Of a stretch of 64,000 bases of DNA, positions 9,990-20,090 are shown piece by piece. The stretch is from Limisphaera sp. (lineage in GTDB: Bacteria; Verrucomicrobiota; Verrucomicrobiia; Limisphaerales; Limisphaeraceae), in assembly GCA_025057755.1 (NCBI GenBank), contig JANWVC010000005.1:194071-258070 (forward strand), written 5' to 3'. The notes beneath the pieces were generated by a model, which was given only the letters and a program-made list of their open reading frames with translations, did not search any database and was not told where the DNA came from. The first letter of the stretch is position 1. Each line of letters opens with the position of its first letter. The translations under genes and the position numbers were made by a program.

Positions 9990-11363
9990 TCAAACCTCCG
10001 CTAACCTGGCCGGTTGCAAGCGAGGTACCAACAGATGGATGACCAAGAGGGCAACTAGATAGGCGCAACCCGCCATGATGAAAACGGGAATGTAGCTTTG
10101 CGTGGCCTGGAGCACTGCCCCCACCAGCATAGCGATGAACATGCCCCCAATTGCACCCGCCGTTCCCCCAATTCCCACGACAGACCCCACCGCTTTGCGC
10201 GGGAACATGTCGGAGGTCAAAGTGAACAAGTTGGCCGACCAACCCTGATGGGCTGCGGCGGCCAAAGAGATCAGGCCCACAGCAATCCATAAGTCCTTTA
10301 CATGAGCAGCAAACATCACCGGCACCACGGAAAGCGCGCAGATGAGCATCGCAGTTTTCCGGGCACGATCGACTGTCCAACCGCGCTTCATGAGCCATCC
10401 TGAGATCCAGCCCCCGCCGATACTGCCCACGTCTGCCACCAAATAAATGATCACTAACGGCAAACCGACTCTTTTCAGATCCAGTCCGTGGTTTCTATGA
10501 AAGAAATCTGGGATCCAAAACAAATACAGCCACCAGATTGGGTCCGTCATGAATTTCCCGACCGCGAACGCCCAGGTTTGCCGATGCGGCAGCAAAGCTC
10601 GCCACGGGATTCGATCGGCTGGATCAGGCGGATCACTGCGAATGTAAGCCAGCTCCGACGCCTTCAAGCGGGGATGCCGTTCCGGCTCTCGATAGAAGAC
10701 CAGCCATGCAGCGACCCATGCAAAACCCACCAGCCCGGTAAGAATGAACGCCCATTGCCATCCCAGATGAAGAGTAATCCATGGGATTAGTAGAGGCGTG
10801 ATTAAAGCACCCACATTTGTGCCCGCATTAAAAATTCCGGTAGCCAGGGCCCGTTCCCGTTTGGGGAACCATTCCGCCACGGTCTTGATAGAAGCGGGAA
10901 ATGCACCCGACTCTCCCAGGCCCAGCGCGAACCGGGCCAACGCCAGTCCAACCGCGCCACCGCTCAAGGTCACCCAAGCGAACCCTGTCTGCGCATCCAA
11001 GTTGAGCATGGGCAACCGCCAGTCGTCCGGAACGAGACCAGCGAAGCCATGCACGGTAGCCGCTACGCTCCAAAGCGTGACCGAAGTCGCGAAGCCAATC
11101 CGCACGCCCACGGCATCCATGAAGCGCCCGGCAAAGATGAACCCCAACGCGTACGCAAGCTGGAAGGAAAAGACGATCGACGAATAGACGCGCTCATCGG
11201 ACCAGTGAAAAGCCTCCGTCAAAGTGGGCTTCAGGATCCCAATGACCTGGCGATCAACATAGTTGATAATGGCGGCAAGCAACAGCAGGATGCAAATGCC
11301 CCATCGCCAATAACCACCCGCGACAAGCATCCCGCCGGCCACATTTTGTTCAGGCCGTGACAT
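9990..11363 (-). CDS. MFS transporter, ACS/hexuronate (ExuT)-like
   Basis: The ORF is 9990..11402. The start could be ATG 11363 (MSRPEQN...) or ATG 11402. It is multi-TM with MFS signatures (INYVDRQVIGILKP, GESGAFPASIKTVAEWFPKRERALATG) that resemble hexuronate transporters. Confidence 0.8.
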   Translation of the reverse strand: MSRPEQNVAGGMLVAGGYWRWGICILLLLAAIINYVDRQVIGILKPTLTEAFHWSDERVYSSIVFSFQLAYALGFIFAGRFMDAVGVRIGFATSVTLWSVAATVHGFAGLVPDDWRLPMLNLDAQTGFAWVTLSGGAVGLALARFALGLGESGAFPASIKTVAEWFPKRERALATGIFNAGTNVGALITPLLIPWITLHLGWQWAFILTGLVGFAWVAAWLVFYREPERHPRLKASELAYIRSDPPDPADRIPWRALLPHRQTWAFAVGKFMTDPIWWLYLFWIPDFFHRNHGLDLKRVGLPLVIIYLVADVGSIGGGWISGWLMKRGWTVDRARKTAMLICALSVVPVMFAAHVKDLWIAVGLISLAAAAHQGWSANLFTLTSDMFPRKAVGSVVGIGGTAGAIGGMFIAMLVGAVLQATQSYIPVFIMAGCAYLVALLVIHLLVPRLQPARLAEV

Positions 11364-11764
11364 CTTGTGGGTCTCATAAACGAAACACCGATCAGCTGTC
11401 AAAGAGCCGCGCCACGCAAAAAGTGCATCTTTCCCCTTGTGATGTGCTCCAATGTTTCAGGCAGGCTTTTGTCCGATCGGAATGCACCGCCGGAGACCTT
11501 TCAAAGCTCTCCGCCACCGCTTATTTATCTTGGAGAACCAGTTGTTGATTCACCAGTTCCCCCAGCGGAGCCAGCCGGGGCTGATTGCAAGGGGCCATCC
11601 GTGTCGCCAGGACATGGGCAATACTGACCTTTCCCGAGGACCGACTGCCCCGTACTTGCTCCAGAACAAGCAGGTCGCCTAGTCTGGGGTGCCGGCGGCG
11701 CAACGTGCAGGCCCTAGAGCATGCGCAGGAAGACGTCTGCTACGATTGCCCGTCTGGGAAGATC

Positions 11765-14209
11765 ATGAGAATTCCATTCAGCTGGTTGAAACAGTTTGTT
11801 GACTGGGAGGACACGCCTGAAGCTCTGGCTGAACGCCTCACTATGCTGGGTCTCGAGGTCGAAGGTTTGGAGCGGATTCCCGGCGAGTGGGAAGGCGTGG
11901 TAGTCGCTCAGGTCTTGACCCGCGAACCAGTGCCGGGTTCCGACAAACTCTCCGTTTGCCGCGTCTATGACGGGCAACGGCAGCGAACGATCATTTGCGG
12001 TGCACCCAATCATCAGCCGGGGAATAAAGTGGCGCTCATTTTGCCCGGTCATGCTTTGCCAACCCAGCCAGGGCAAAAGGAGCCGCTGGTAATCCGCGAA
12101 CGCAAGGTTTTCGGCATTCTGAGTGAAGGCATGATGTGTTCCCCGCGGGAGCTGGGTTTGTCAGAAGACGCAGAGGGCTTGCTGATTCTGCCAGAGGATG
12201 CCCCGGTGGGTATGCCATTGGCCGAGTACCTGGGTCGCTCCAGAGGCGAGGTCGTGCTTGATCTGGAGATCACACCAAACCGGCCCGATTTAGCCAGTGT
12301 CCTTGGCGTTGCAAGGGAGATTGCAGCTGCGACGGGCAAACGCGTGCGGCTGCCGGAGCTTACCGATCTGACTGCCTGGGAGGCAGCTCCATCAGCCGCC
12401 GATCAGATCTCATTGATCGTGGAAGAGCCGGAGCTGTGTCCGCGATATGTGGCGCGTTTGATCCAAGATGTTCAAATTGGACCGAGTCCGGATTGGCTGC
12501 GGCGCGCTCTAGAGCGGGTTGGCTTGCGGAGTATCAACAACGTGGTGGATGTCACGAACTATGTCATGTTAGAATGCGGTCAGCCCCTGCATGCATTCGA
12601 TGCAGAGCTACTGGCCCGGGATTCAGCCGGGCGTTTCACCTTGTGTGTACGTCGGGCGGCTCCAGGCGAACGTTTTCGGACTTTAGACGGGCAGGAACGC
12701 GAGCTGAGGGAGGACATGCTCTTAATTGCCGACGCCGCCAAGGCCATTGCGCTGGCCGGGATTATGGGAGGAGAAAATTCCGAGGTTCGGCCTGAAACAC
12801 GCCACGTCTTGTTGGAAAGCGCGTGGTTCCAGCCCACCAACATTCGTCGCACCAGCAAGGCTCTGGGGCTTCGGACTGAATCCAGTTACCGATTCGAGCG
12901 AGGAGCTGATCCGGCTATTACGGATTGGGCCAGCCACCGGGCAGCTCAGCTTATTCTGCAGATTGCCGGTGGACGGTTGGCGTTAGGCAAAGTGGAACAC
13001 CACCCCTCCCCTGCCCTTCCCCGGCATGTCACCCTTCGTTTCAACCGAGTCAAGGCGATCTTGGGCATTGACATTCCCGCAGAAGCGCAATGCCGTCACT
13101 TGGCCGCCTTGGGGCTCAAAACTGTGACCGTCAATGACGAATCGGCGACCTTCGAGATTCCCTCGTGGCGTCATGATCTGAAGCGAGAAGCGGACTTGAT
13201 CGAGGAAGTGGAACGGTTGCATGGTGTGGAACGCGTGCCCGCCACAGTCCCCCGAGGCGGATTGGGAAGTCATCCAGCAGATACCCTTTACGATGGAATG
13301 GCCCACATTCGACAACTCTGCTGCGGCTTGGGGTTGGATGAGGCGCAGGGCCAGACTTTAATATCGGAATCTGCAGCCAGGTTGGTATGTCCGGAGGCTG
13401 CTTTGGTTCGGCTGGCCAACCCTCTGAGCAGTGACATGAACACGTTGCGGCCCAGTCTCTTGCCCGGTCTGCTCGACTCCCTGCGCCACAATGTGACGCG
13501 CAAGAATTTGGACGTTGCGTTATTCGAGATCGGCCGGGTTTTCCGTCGCACTGAGAAGGGGGTTCAAGAGCAACGACGTCTGGCGTGGGCGCTGACTGGC
13601 AGACGCCATCCTGTTTTCTGGAGTGGCAATGACCGAGACGCTAAATATGACCTCGCGGACGCACGCGGTCTCCTCGACGAACTGCTCGAGCATTTGGATG
13701 TACGTGGCGTCATGATGCATCGGCGGACGGAGATCAGCCCGCTTTTTATCGAATCCGCCACGCTTCAGGTGGGCCGCCAATGGATCGGTGAATTGGGACT
13801 GGTTTCCCCTATCTTGGCCCGTCAATACGACCTGCGCGATCCAGTGGTTCTGATGGAGCTCGATTTAGATTGGCTGCTGTCCCAACGTGCTCGTAGCCGG
13901 GCGTTTCAACCCCTGCCCTTGTATCCAGCGATCCGAAGGGATGTAGCCATGGTAGTACCGGAGTCTGTAACGCACGCTGACGTCATGCGCGTGGTGCAGC
14001 AAGCACGCGTGAACCATCTTGTCCGCGTCGACATCTTTGATGTCTTTCGCGGGGTGTCCATCCCTCCTGGTTGCAAGAGTTTGGCTTATGCCTTTACATA
14101 TCGGGCACCCGATCGCACCCTAACCGATGCAGAGGTGAACACTCTGCACGCCCGCGTCGTAGCAGCACTTCGCGCCGGGCTGCAAGCAACGATTCGTGAA
14201 TCGTCATGA
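11765..14209 (+). CDS. pheT: phenylalanine--tRNA ligase beta subunit
   Basis: The ORF is 11585..14209. I place the start at ATG 11765 (MRIPFSWLKQFVDW...), the canonical PheT N-terminus. tRNA-binding, B3/4, B5 and C-terminal FDX-ACB-like regions are recognisable. Confidence 0.95.
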   Translation: MRIPFSWLKQFVDWEDTPEALAERLTMLGLEVEGLERIPGEWEGVVVAQVLTREPVPGSDKLSVCRVYDGQRQRTIICGAPNHQPGNKVALILPGHALPTQPGQKEPLVIRERKVFGILSEGMMCSPRELGLSEDAEGLLILPEDAPVGMPLAEYLGRSRGEVVLDLEITPNRPDLASVLGVAREIAAATGKRVRLPELTDLTAWEAAPSAADQISLIVEEPELCPRYVARLIQDVQIGPSPDWLRRALERVGLRSINNVVDVTNYVMLECGQPLHAFDAELLARDSAGRFTLCVRRAAPGERFRTLDGQERELREDMLLIADAAKAIALAGIMGGENSEVRPETRHVLLESAWFQPTNIRRTSKALGLRTESSYRFERGADPAITDWASHRAAQLILQIAGGRLALGKVEHHPSPALPRHVTLRFNRVKAILGIDIPAEAQCRHLAALGLKTVTVNDESATFEIPSWRHDLKREADLIEEVERLHGVERVPATVPRGGLGSHPADTLYDGMAHIRQLCCGLGLDEAQGQTLISESAARLVCPEAALVRLANPLSSDMNTLRPSLLPGLLDSLRHNVTRKNLDVALFEIGRVFRRTEKGVQEQRRLAWALTGRRHPVFWSGNDRDAKYDLADARGLLDELLEHLDVRGVMMHRRTEISPLFIESATLQVGRQWIGELGLVSPILARQYDLRDPVVLMELDLDWLLSQRARSRAFQPLPLYPAIRRDVAMVVPESVTHADVMRVVQQARVNHLVRVDIFDVFRGVSIPPGCKSLAYAFTYRAPDRTLTDAEVNTLHARVVAALRAGLQATIRESS

Positions 14210-14432
14210 GCTGATTCATTAGATCAGCTGGGTCTTGGCATAATCCATCCGAGGTCAGCATCTCCGTGGACGACTTGGGCAGGGGTAAGATCCTCTCCTG
14301 ACGCAGATGCCGTAGAAAAGATCGGTGCAAATCGCATCGCTTATTCGCCACGAGATTTGCCCGTGGACCACACAATGTGTGCCTCTTCAGTGGCGCTTGC
14401 CTTGAAGCACACACAACTTACATTGTTGCCCT

Positions 14433-14597
14433 ATGAAATTCTGGCTGGCTTGGCTCGTGTACGCGATTTTCGGGATCCTGCTGGCAGCGGGCATGATTCT
14501 CGCCCATGCCGGTAACTGGTGGCTCTTGATTACTGCTGGAGTGGGTTACGGACTGGCTCTGTTCTGGTTCGGTTGCAGACAAACCGCTGGCCATTGA
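14433..14597 (+). CDS. small two-helix membrane protein (54 aa), hypothetical
   Basis: Hand-translated ORF below the ORF-track size cutoff: [54 protein letters not shown]. It has two hydrophobic helices, G/C-ending codons like neighbouring genes, and ends 32 nt before dtd. Confidence 0.4.
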   Translation: MKFWLAWLVYAIFGILLAAGMILAHAGNWWLLITAGVGYGLALFWFGCRQTAGH

Positions 14598-14629
14598 GGA
14601 CGGCATTTCTCCCCGTGTTTCAGCCTTGC

Positions 14630-15082
14630 ATGCGAGCCGTCGTTCAGCGAGTTATCGAAGCCTCCGTGGTCATTAACCGGCAGCTGCATAGCCGAATCGG
14701 TCGCGGCCTGTTAGTCTTGCTGGGCGTCGAGCAAGGCGACACTGACGAAGATCTATGTTGGCTGGCAGGAAAAATCGCGCGCATGCGAATCTTCCCTGAC
14801 GCAGAAGGACAGATGAACTTGTCGGCCCAAGACGTGCATGCAGATGTGATGGTGGTGAGTCAGTTCACGTTGTTGGCCAGCACGCGTAAAGGCAATCGCC
14901 CTTCTTACTCCAGAGCCGCGCCGCCCGATTTCGCCCAGCCGCTGTACGAACGTTTTGTTCACGCTTTGGCAGCCGAGCTGGACCGGCCAGTTGCAACTGG
15001 CCGGTTTGGTGCGATGATGCAGGTGCACTTGGTTAACGACGGGCCGGTCACTTTGGTTATTGACAGCAAGCTGCGAGAGTGA
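14630..15082 (+). CDS. dtd: D-aminoacyl-tRNA deacylase
   Basis: The ORF is 14519..15082. I place the start at ATG 14630 (MRAVVQRV...). Family motifs [17 protein letters not shown] and [11 protein letters not shown] are present. Confidence 0.9.
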   Translation: MRAVVQRVIEASVVINRQLHSRIGRGLLVLLGVEQGDTDEDLCWLAGKIARMRIFPDAEGQMNLSAQDVHADVMVVSQFTLLASTRKGNRPSYSRAAPPDFAQPLYERFVHALAAELDRPVATGRFGAMMQVHLVNDGPVTLVIDSKLRE

Positions 15083-15192
15083 AGCAGTGTGGATGCAAGC
15101 AACAACCCAGAATCCTCGCGACTGGCAGCCAGCTCGTTGGAGCAGCATTCGCAAGGGAGTGAAGAGTTTTTTCACCGGACCATTCGTGCTTC

Positions 15193-16734
15193 ATGCGTGA
15201 TCAATTGACCCTGGCTGCTTGCCAAACCCTCCTGGCCCAGCGCCAGATATCGGCGCAGGAGCTGGTGCGGCTTTTCCTGAGTCGGATTGCTCATTTGGAG
15301 CCACACTTACATGCGTTCTTGGACTGGGATCCGGACGAAGCGCTAGCTCAAGCGAGGGCGGCCGATCGCGCTCTTGCCTTTGGCATCACGCATCAGCAAC
15401 GGCCTTTGCTGGGGATTCCCATTGGCATCAAAGACAACATCGCCGTCAGGGGGCATCCTCTACGTTGCGCCTCCCGGATTCTGGGCGATTTTGTCGCACC
15501 CTACGACGCGACTGTGATTGAACGCTTGCGGGCAGCCGGGGCCGTTTTGTTGGGAAGGCTTAACATGGATGAGTTCGCCATGGGCAGCTCCACGGAGAAT
15601 TCGGCTTTTGGCCCTACGCGGAATCCGTGGGATCTGGAGCGGACGGCTGGTGGATCATCCGGGGGGTCAGCTGCAGCCGTGGCGGCAGGCGAGTGCCCAG
15701 CAGCTCTTGGATCTGATACAGGTGGTTCCATCCGCCAACCCGCTGCCTTTTGTGGTTGTGTAGGTTTAAAACCTACCTATGGGCGTGTTTCCCGTTATGG
15801 TCTGGTAGCGTTTGCCTCGTCCCTAGACCAAATCGGGCCTCTGACGGCCACTGTGCAAGATGCAGCACTTCTGCTCCAGGTAATTGCCGGTCATGATCCT
15901 CGGGATGCCACCAGCTTGCCGGACCCAGTGCCGGATTACGTTGCGGGACTGTGTCCTGATTTGCGGGGCATTTGTTTGGGGTTGCCCCGTGAATACTTTG
16001 CGGATGGGATTCATCCGGAAATCGCACAGGCTTTGCAGCGGGCCACGGAACATCTGCAGTCGCTGGGAGCGGAAATTCGGGAGGTTTCCCTCCCACACAC
16101 GCCTTGGGCTCTGGCGACTTATTACATCATCGCCACCGCTGAAGCTTCAGCGAATCTAGCTCGTTTTGATGGGATTCGATACGGCTTCCGAGTGGACGGA
16201 GACGACCCTGTCCAACTGTATAAGCGCACGCGTGGCCAAGGATTTGGCCCAGAAGTCAAGCGCCGCATTATCTTGGGTACTTTTGTGCTGAGCAGCGGTT
16301 ATTACGATGCCTACTACCTGCGCGCACAAAAGGTTCGAACATTAATTCGGCGCGATTTTTTAGAAGCATTCCGGCAGGTGGACGCGTTGATCACACCTGT
16401 TACTCCAAGCGCAGCTTTTCGGTTGGGCGAAAAGTTGGCCGATCCTCTGCAAATGTATCTTACCGATGTCTTTACGTTGTCCTGCAATCTGGCAGGTATT
16501 TGCGGCTTGAGCTTGCCCTGTGGATTTACGCGTGAACCACGCTTGCCCATCGGACTTCAACTGTTGGGCCCCCCTTTGGGTGAAGCCGTGCTATTGCGCA
16601 TCGCATATGCATACGAACAAACTGCCGACTGGCAGCGCTTCTATTCCCCCCCTCCGATCGTCGGACAGTTTCTCCAGAAGGCCGGCGGGGCAAGTTCGGG
16701 CTCAGAACCCACGGCTCCGAGCATCGGACCCTAG
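15193..16734 (+). CDS. gatA: Asp-tRNA(Asn)/Glu-tRNA(Gln) amidotransferase subunit A
   Basis: 513 aa. It carries the amidase signature GGSSGGSAAAVAAG...GSDTGGSIRQPAAFCG and a typical GatA N-terminus. Confidence 0.93.
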   Translation: MRDQLTLAACQTLLAQRQISAQELVRLFLSRIAHLEPHLHAFLDWDPDEALAQARAADRALAFGITHQQRPLLGIPIGIKDNIAVRGHPLRCASRILGDFVAPYDATVIERLRAAGAVLLGRLNMDEFAMGSSTENSAFGPTRNPWDLERTAGGSSGGSAAAVAAGECPAALGSDTGGSIRQPAAFCGCVGLKPTYGRVSRYGLVAFASSLDQIGPLTATVQDAALLLQVIAGHDPRDATSLPDPVPDYVAGLCPDLRGICLGLPREYFADGIHPEIAQALQRATEHLQSLGAEIREVSLPHTPWALATYYIIATAEASANLARFDGIRYGFRVDGDDPVQLYKRTRGQGFGPEVKRRIILGTFVLSSGYYDAYYLRAQKVRTLIRRDFLEAFRQVDALITPVTPSAAFRLGEKLADPLQMYLTDVFTLSCNLAGICGLSLPCGFTREPRLPIGLQLLGPPLGEAVLLRIAYAYEQTADWQRFYSPPPIVGQFLQKAGGASSGSEPTAPSIGP

Positions 16735-17020
16735 CCACTCAGGCTCGAATTGCGCGGGAATTACCTGGAATCTTCCTCTGAGTTGGGCTGTGATTCAATT
16801 CCCCTGACGAAGCAGGGCTGAGCACGTGAAAGCCAGCCGCAAAATTGGGCGTTGTAACCCGTTGCTCCCGAGATTGCGTTCCACTGTGGCTGCAAGACGA
16901 TGCTTCTTTTTCGAGCTTCGCTCCAAGCTCTGCCCGTTAAATGCTCGAGCCAGTGTGTGGGTGCGCCATCAAGGGCACGAGGTATCCCGGATTTCCCTTA
17001 TTCCCTCCGGCTGCTTCAAC

Positions 17021-17458
17021 TTATCCCGTTGCAACATCGCCGGTGCGGAGAAGTTCCAAGCCCCCTTGACGTTCGTCCGGATTGTACAGCATCGGGTAGC
17101 GTCGGACCAATGGGCAATCATGACCTTTGCCCGCACACATATCAGCCGTCTGAATCGTTCTGCGGTCGACCTTCAGCAAAAACCGGGGCCTTGGCGGCAC
17201 ATGCAGAGCTTGAATCGCCGGACGCCATGGAACAGGCCGTCCTGCGCGCAACGGATGAGGGCGCAAGGGTATAGCTCTGGGGGCAGATGAAGAGGCAAGT
17301 CTGAGGACGAACCTGTTGGTAGGGACATCGAGTTCGACCTGGAAAAGAGCTGGGCCGTAACGTCCGCGCATGAGGAATTTCACTCGTGCGTGGGTCGGTG
17401 TACTGGCCGTTCGAAGGGGGTATTCCCAGTCGGGTGGAACGAAGGGAGTCGGGGGCAT
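17021..17458 (-). CDS. hypothetical protein (weak call)
   Basis: 145 codons from ATG 17458 (MPPTPFVPPDWEYPL...). Third positions are mostly G/C as in real genes here, but the protein is Arg/Pro-rich and I recognise no family. Confidence 0.25.
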   Translation of the reverse strand: MPPTPFVPPDWEYPLRTASTPTHARVKFLMRGRYGPALFQVELDVPTNRFVLRLASSSAPRAIPLRPHPLRAGRPVPWRPAIQALHVPPRPRFLLKVDRRTIQTADMCAGKGHDCPLVRRYPMLYNPDERQGGLELLRTGDVATG

Positions 17459-17705
17459 CAAAGGCTTCAGAGTTTTTTGCCCTCCTCTCAGGATTCTGAT
17501 CCATGGAGAGTGACGCTTCGCTCCTTCGGTGGCCCAAATCTGTCCACAAGAAATCCCACTCGCTGGCGTGCGCAGCTGTCTCTTTGAGGCGACTTCACGC
17601 GTCGGACTGACGGAAGCGCCACGGGTCGGTCACTTGGGCCTGTCTGGATCATCCCCACGAGCGCCGAGGTGACAAGGGCATTGAGTTGTTTGGCAGGAAG
17701 GAATT

Positions 17706-20090
17706 TCAGCGCGAAGGTTGCCCCGTCCCTAGATTGGGTTGCGTGGCCAGCCACGCTGAGGCTTGCTGCGGATTAATCCGCAACCAGTGGGCGGCAATTT
17801 GGTGTAGCTTCTGTTGACGAATGCGATCGTCTTGGATCCACGAGAGCCATGAGGTAGCCATTTGCGGATTTTCAGAGGCCAAGCGATCAACATGAGCGGC
17901 CACGGCGACGTCGCGATAAGCGTCCGGCGGCAGGGTCCGCAGCCAGGCCTCGTATTGCGCAGGTGCCTGAATACTCCATTGGTAGCCGGCCTCGTAAAGC
18001 ATTTCGGCCCTGAGCTGTCCGTCTGGGATCCGGCTCAGCTCATTCACCGCCGATTTGGGATCGTTCATGGCCCACTGAGCGAAAATTAGCCGAAGGCTGG
18101 ACGCTGCAGAGGCATCCGTCTGGAAAGTTCCATGCTGAAGCCAGATTCGCAGCGCATTGCCGGGATCTGTTTCTGCAACGGCGCGGATCAGTCCATTCAA
18201 GTAGGCATCCTTTTCTTCAACCGACTTGAGTTTGGAGAGGCCAGGGACAGCACTCTGTAAGTCCCACCTTGCCCATGTGTGCGCCAACCGGTCCAATGCC
18301 TCGTGTCGTTGGGACGAATCCACATGCTGCGTGATGACGTCCAACGCTAATGCTGGGTCCGCATATGCAAGCTCGATCGTCCATGCACGAGCCACATGGC
18401 TTTTCAATGAAGGATCTCTCAAGGAGGAAAACCATGTCCACAAGGCAATGGGGTCTTGTCGCGTCCATTGCTGGATTACGGTTTCCAAAATGCGCGATTG
18501 TACACCAGGCTCTTCCAATGAAAGCGCCCATTGCATGGCCGATTCGGGATGCTGTTGGGTCATCCACTGAGCAATCCGTTGGAGCGCCAATTGTTTGGGC
18601 AATCCTTCTGGAAGGGAGTGAATCCATTGCTGTGCGTGCTCGGGATGCGCTTGCAGATAGGCCACCGCGATTTCCGGAACCAATTCCCGATGCGCAGGAC
18701 CGATCGGCAACCGGTCCAAAAGATGTGCCGCTAGCGCCGGGTCCTGGCGGACCAGAGATCTCGCCAAGGCTGCAGCAATGGCATTTTTCTCTTCACCCGG
18801 CGGCCATTCTTCGGCCGACTGTATTGCATGGCGGACGTCGCGGTCAGCCAATTGTTGAAATAATCCTTCCAACCAATCGGATCGCCTCGTCCCCGGAGGT
18901 AGCTTCTTGAGCTCAGCCAAGGCGGCTTCGGGCGCATCCAAACCCCATTGCTGAAAAACCATTCCCAGGAGCTCGATTTTGGCGGGTCCATCTGGCAATG
19001 CTTGGACAGCGGCAAGAGCCGCTCCAGGGTCAGCTCGAACCCACGAGGGTAACAATATCTCCAAGGCGCTCTTTCGGCCCAACCCCTGGGGCAACAGGTC
19101 CAGCAACAACCTGGCCCCGGTGAAATCGGTGTCAGGCCAGTTCTCCAAGAGAGTCATTACAGCCTGCGTTCTTTCAGCATCAGCCGGCCAGGACGCAAGA
19201 TGTGCCACAGCGTTTGATGGCGCTGCAGTCACCCAACCTTCAAGGGCCGATTGCATCGCTCGCCTTCGCCAAGGTCCCGGGCTCATGGCGCGAGCTTGCT
19301 CCACAGCTTGTTCCGGAGCAAGGCGAGCCCATCCACGGAACAAGCCCGTGAGCGCTGCCTCTTTGTGAGACCAACTGGTATTCCATCTTTGCCACATTTC
19401 CCATGCCGCCCCGGGATTGTCCATTGCCCACGTGTGGAAAACCTCTTGATAACTTGAGCCACGGAGCATGGCGGGAAGTTCCTGCACCCATCGCAACGCC
19501 TCTTGAGGATCCACTTGCGCCCACAGAAGTACGGCCACATTGACGAGCTCGTGACGCAGCATGGAATCCGGCAAAGATCGGATCCATTGAGAAGCGTCTT
19601 CGAGATTGCTCTCCAGCCAGAGCCGCGCGCAACGGGACAGAACAGCATCCCGAAGTTGGGAGGCGGGCCACGACGACAAATACATCACAGCTGCAGACGG
19701 ATCCCGTCGCGCCCATCGTTCCATCAGATAGAGGCGCAACTCTTCCTGCACGGGTTGTCGCAGCACGGGGTCCAACTTCTGTACCAACTCGGCAAGCTCG
19801 TCGCTGCGCAAGGGCTCAATTACTTGATCCCAGACAGCCGAGCGACGCCACACTTTGCCGCGGCATGCTCCAAGGAATTGGAGCGCCAGTCGCTCCACGC
19901 GCGAAAAGGAAGCGACATTCGCAGGTTGCTCGGTATCCAGCGATACGCGCGCGGACCAGTTGCCATCCCGCCATTGGCCCGGCGGTACCGAAGCAGGCGT
20001 GCGCGGCTTCGTTACGGTCCACAAAAGAATTCCGGCCAACACAGCTAGGACAATAGCCAGACCGAATTTCCAGCCCCCTTGCATGTTCAT
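17706..20090 (-). CDS. membrane-anchored alpha-solenoid repeat protein (about 20 repeats)
   Basis: 794 aa with an N-terminal TM anchor (FGLAIVLAVLAGILLW). This is followed by about 20 repeats of 33-38 aa with consensus W-x(2,3)-[DN]P-x(2)-A-x(2)-W-x(3)-LP, for example ARRDPSAAVMYLSSWP, AQVDPQEALRWVQELP, VRADPGAALAAVQALP and LRINPQQASAWLATQP. Confidence 0.7.
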   Translation of the reverse strand: MNMQGGWKFGLAIVLAVLAGILLWTVTKPRTPASVPPGQWRDGNWSARVSLDTEQPANVASFSRVERLALQFLGACRGKVWRRSAVWDQVIEPLRSDELAELVQKLDPVLRQPVQEELRLYLMERWARRDPSAAVMYLSSWPASQLRDAVLSRCARLWLESNLEDASQWIRSLPDSMLRHELVNVAVLLWAQVDPQEALRWVQELPAMLRGSSYQEVFHTWAMDNPGAAWEMWQRWNTSWSHKEAALTGLFRGWARLAPEQAVEQARAMSPGPWRRRAMQSALEGWVTAAPSNAVAHLASWPADAERTQAVMTLLENWPDTDFTGARLLLDLLPQGLGRKSALEILLPSWVRADPGAALAAVQALPDGPAKIELLGMVFQQWGLDAPEAALAELKKLPPGTRRSDWLEGLFQQLADRDVRHAIQSAEEWPPGEEKNAIAAALARSLVRQDPALAAHLLDRLPIGPAHRELVPEIAVAYLQAHPEHAQQWIHSLPEGLPKQLALQRIAQWMTQQHPESAMQWALSLEEPGVQSRILETVIQQWTRQDPIALWTWFSSLRDPSLKSHVARAWTIELAYADPALALDVITQHVDSSQRHEALDRLAHTWARWDLQSAVPGLSKLKSVEEKDAYLNGLIRAVAETDPGNALRIWLQHGTFQTDASAASSLRLIFAQWAMNDPKSAVNELSRIPDGQLRAEMLYEAGYQWSIQAPAQYEAWLRTLPPDAYRDVAVAAHVDRLASENPQMATSWLSWIQDDRIRQQKLHQIAAHWLRINPQQASAWLATQPNLGTGQPSR

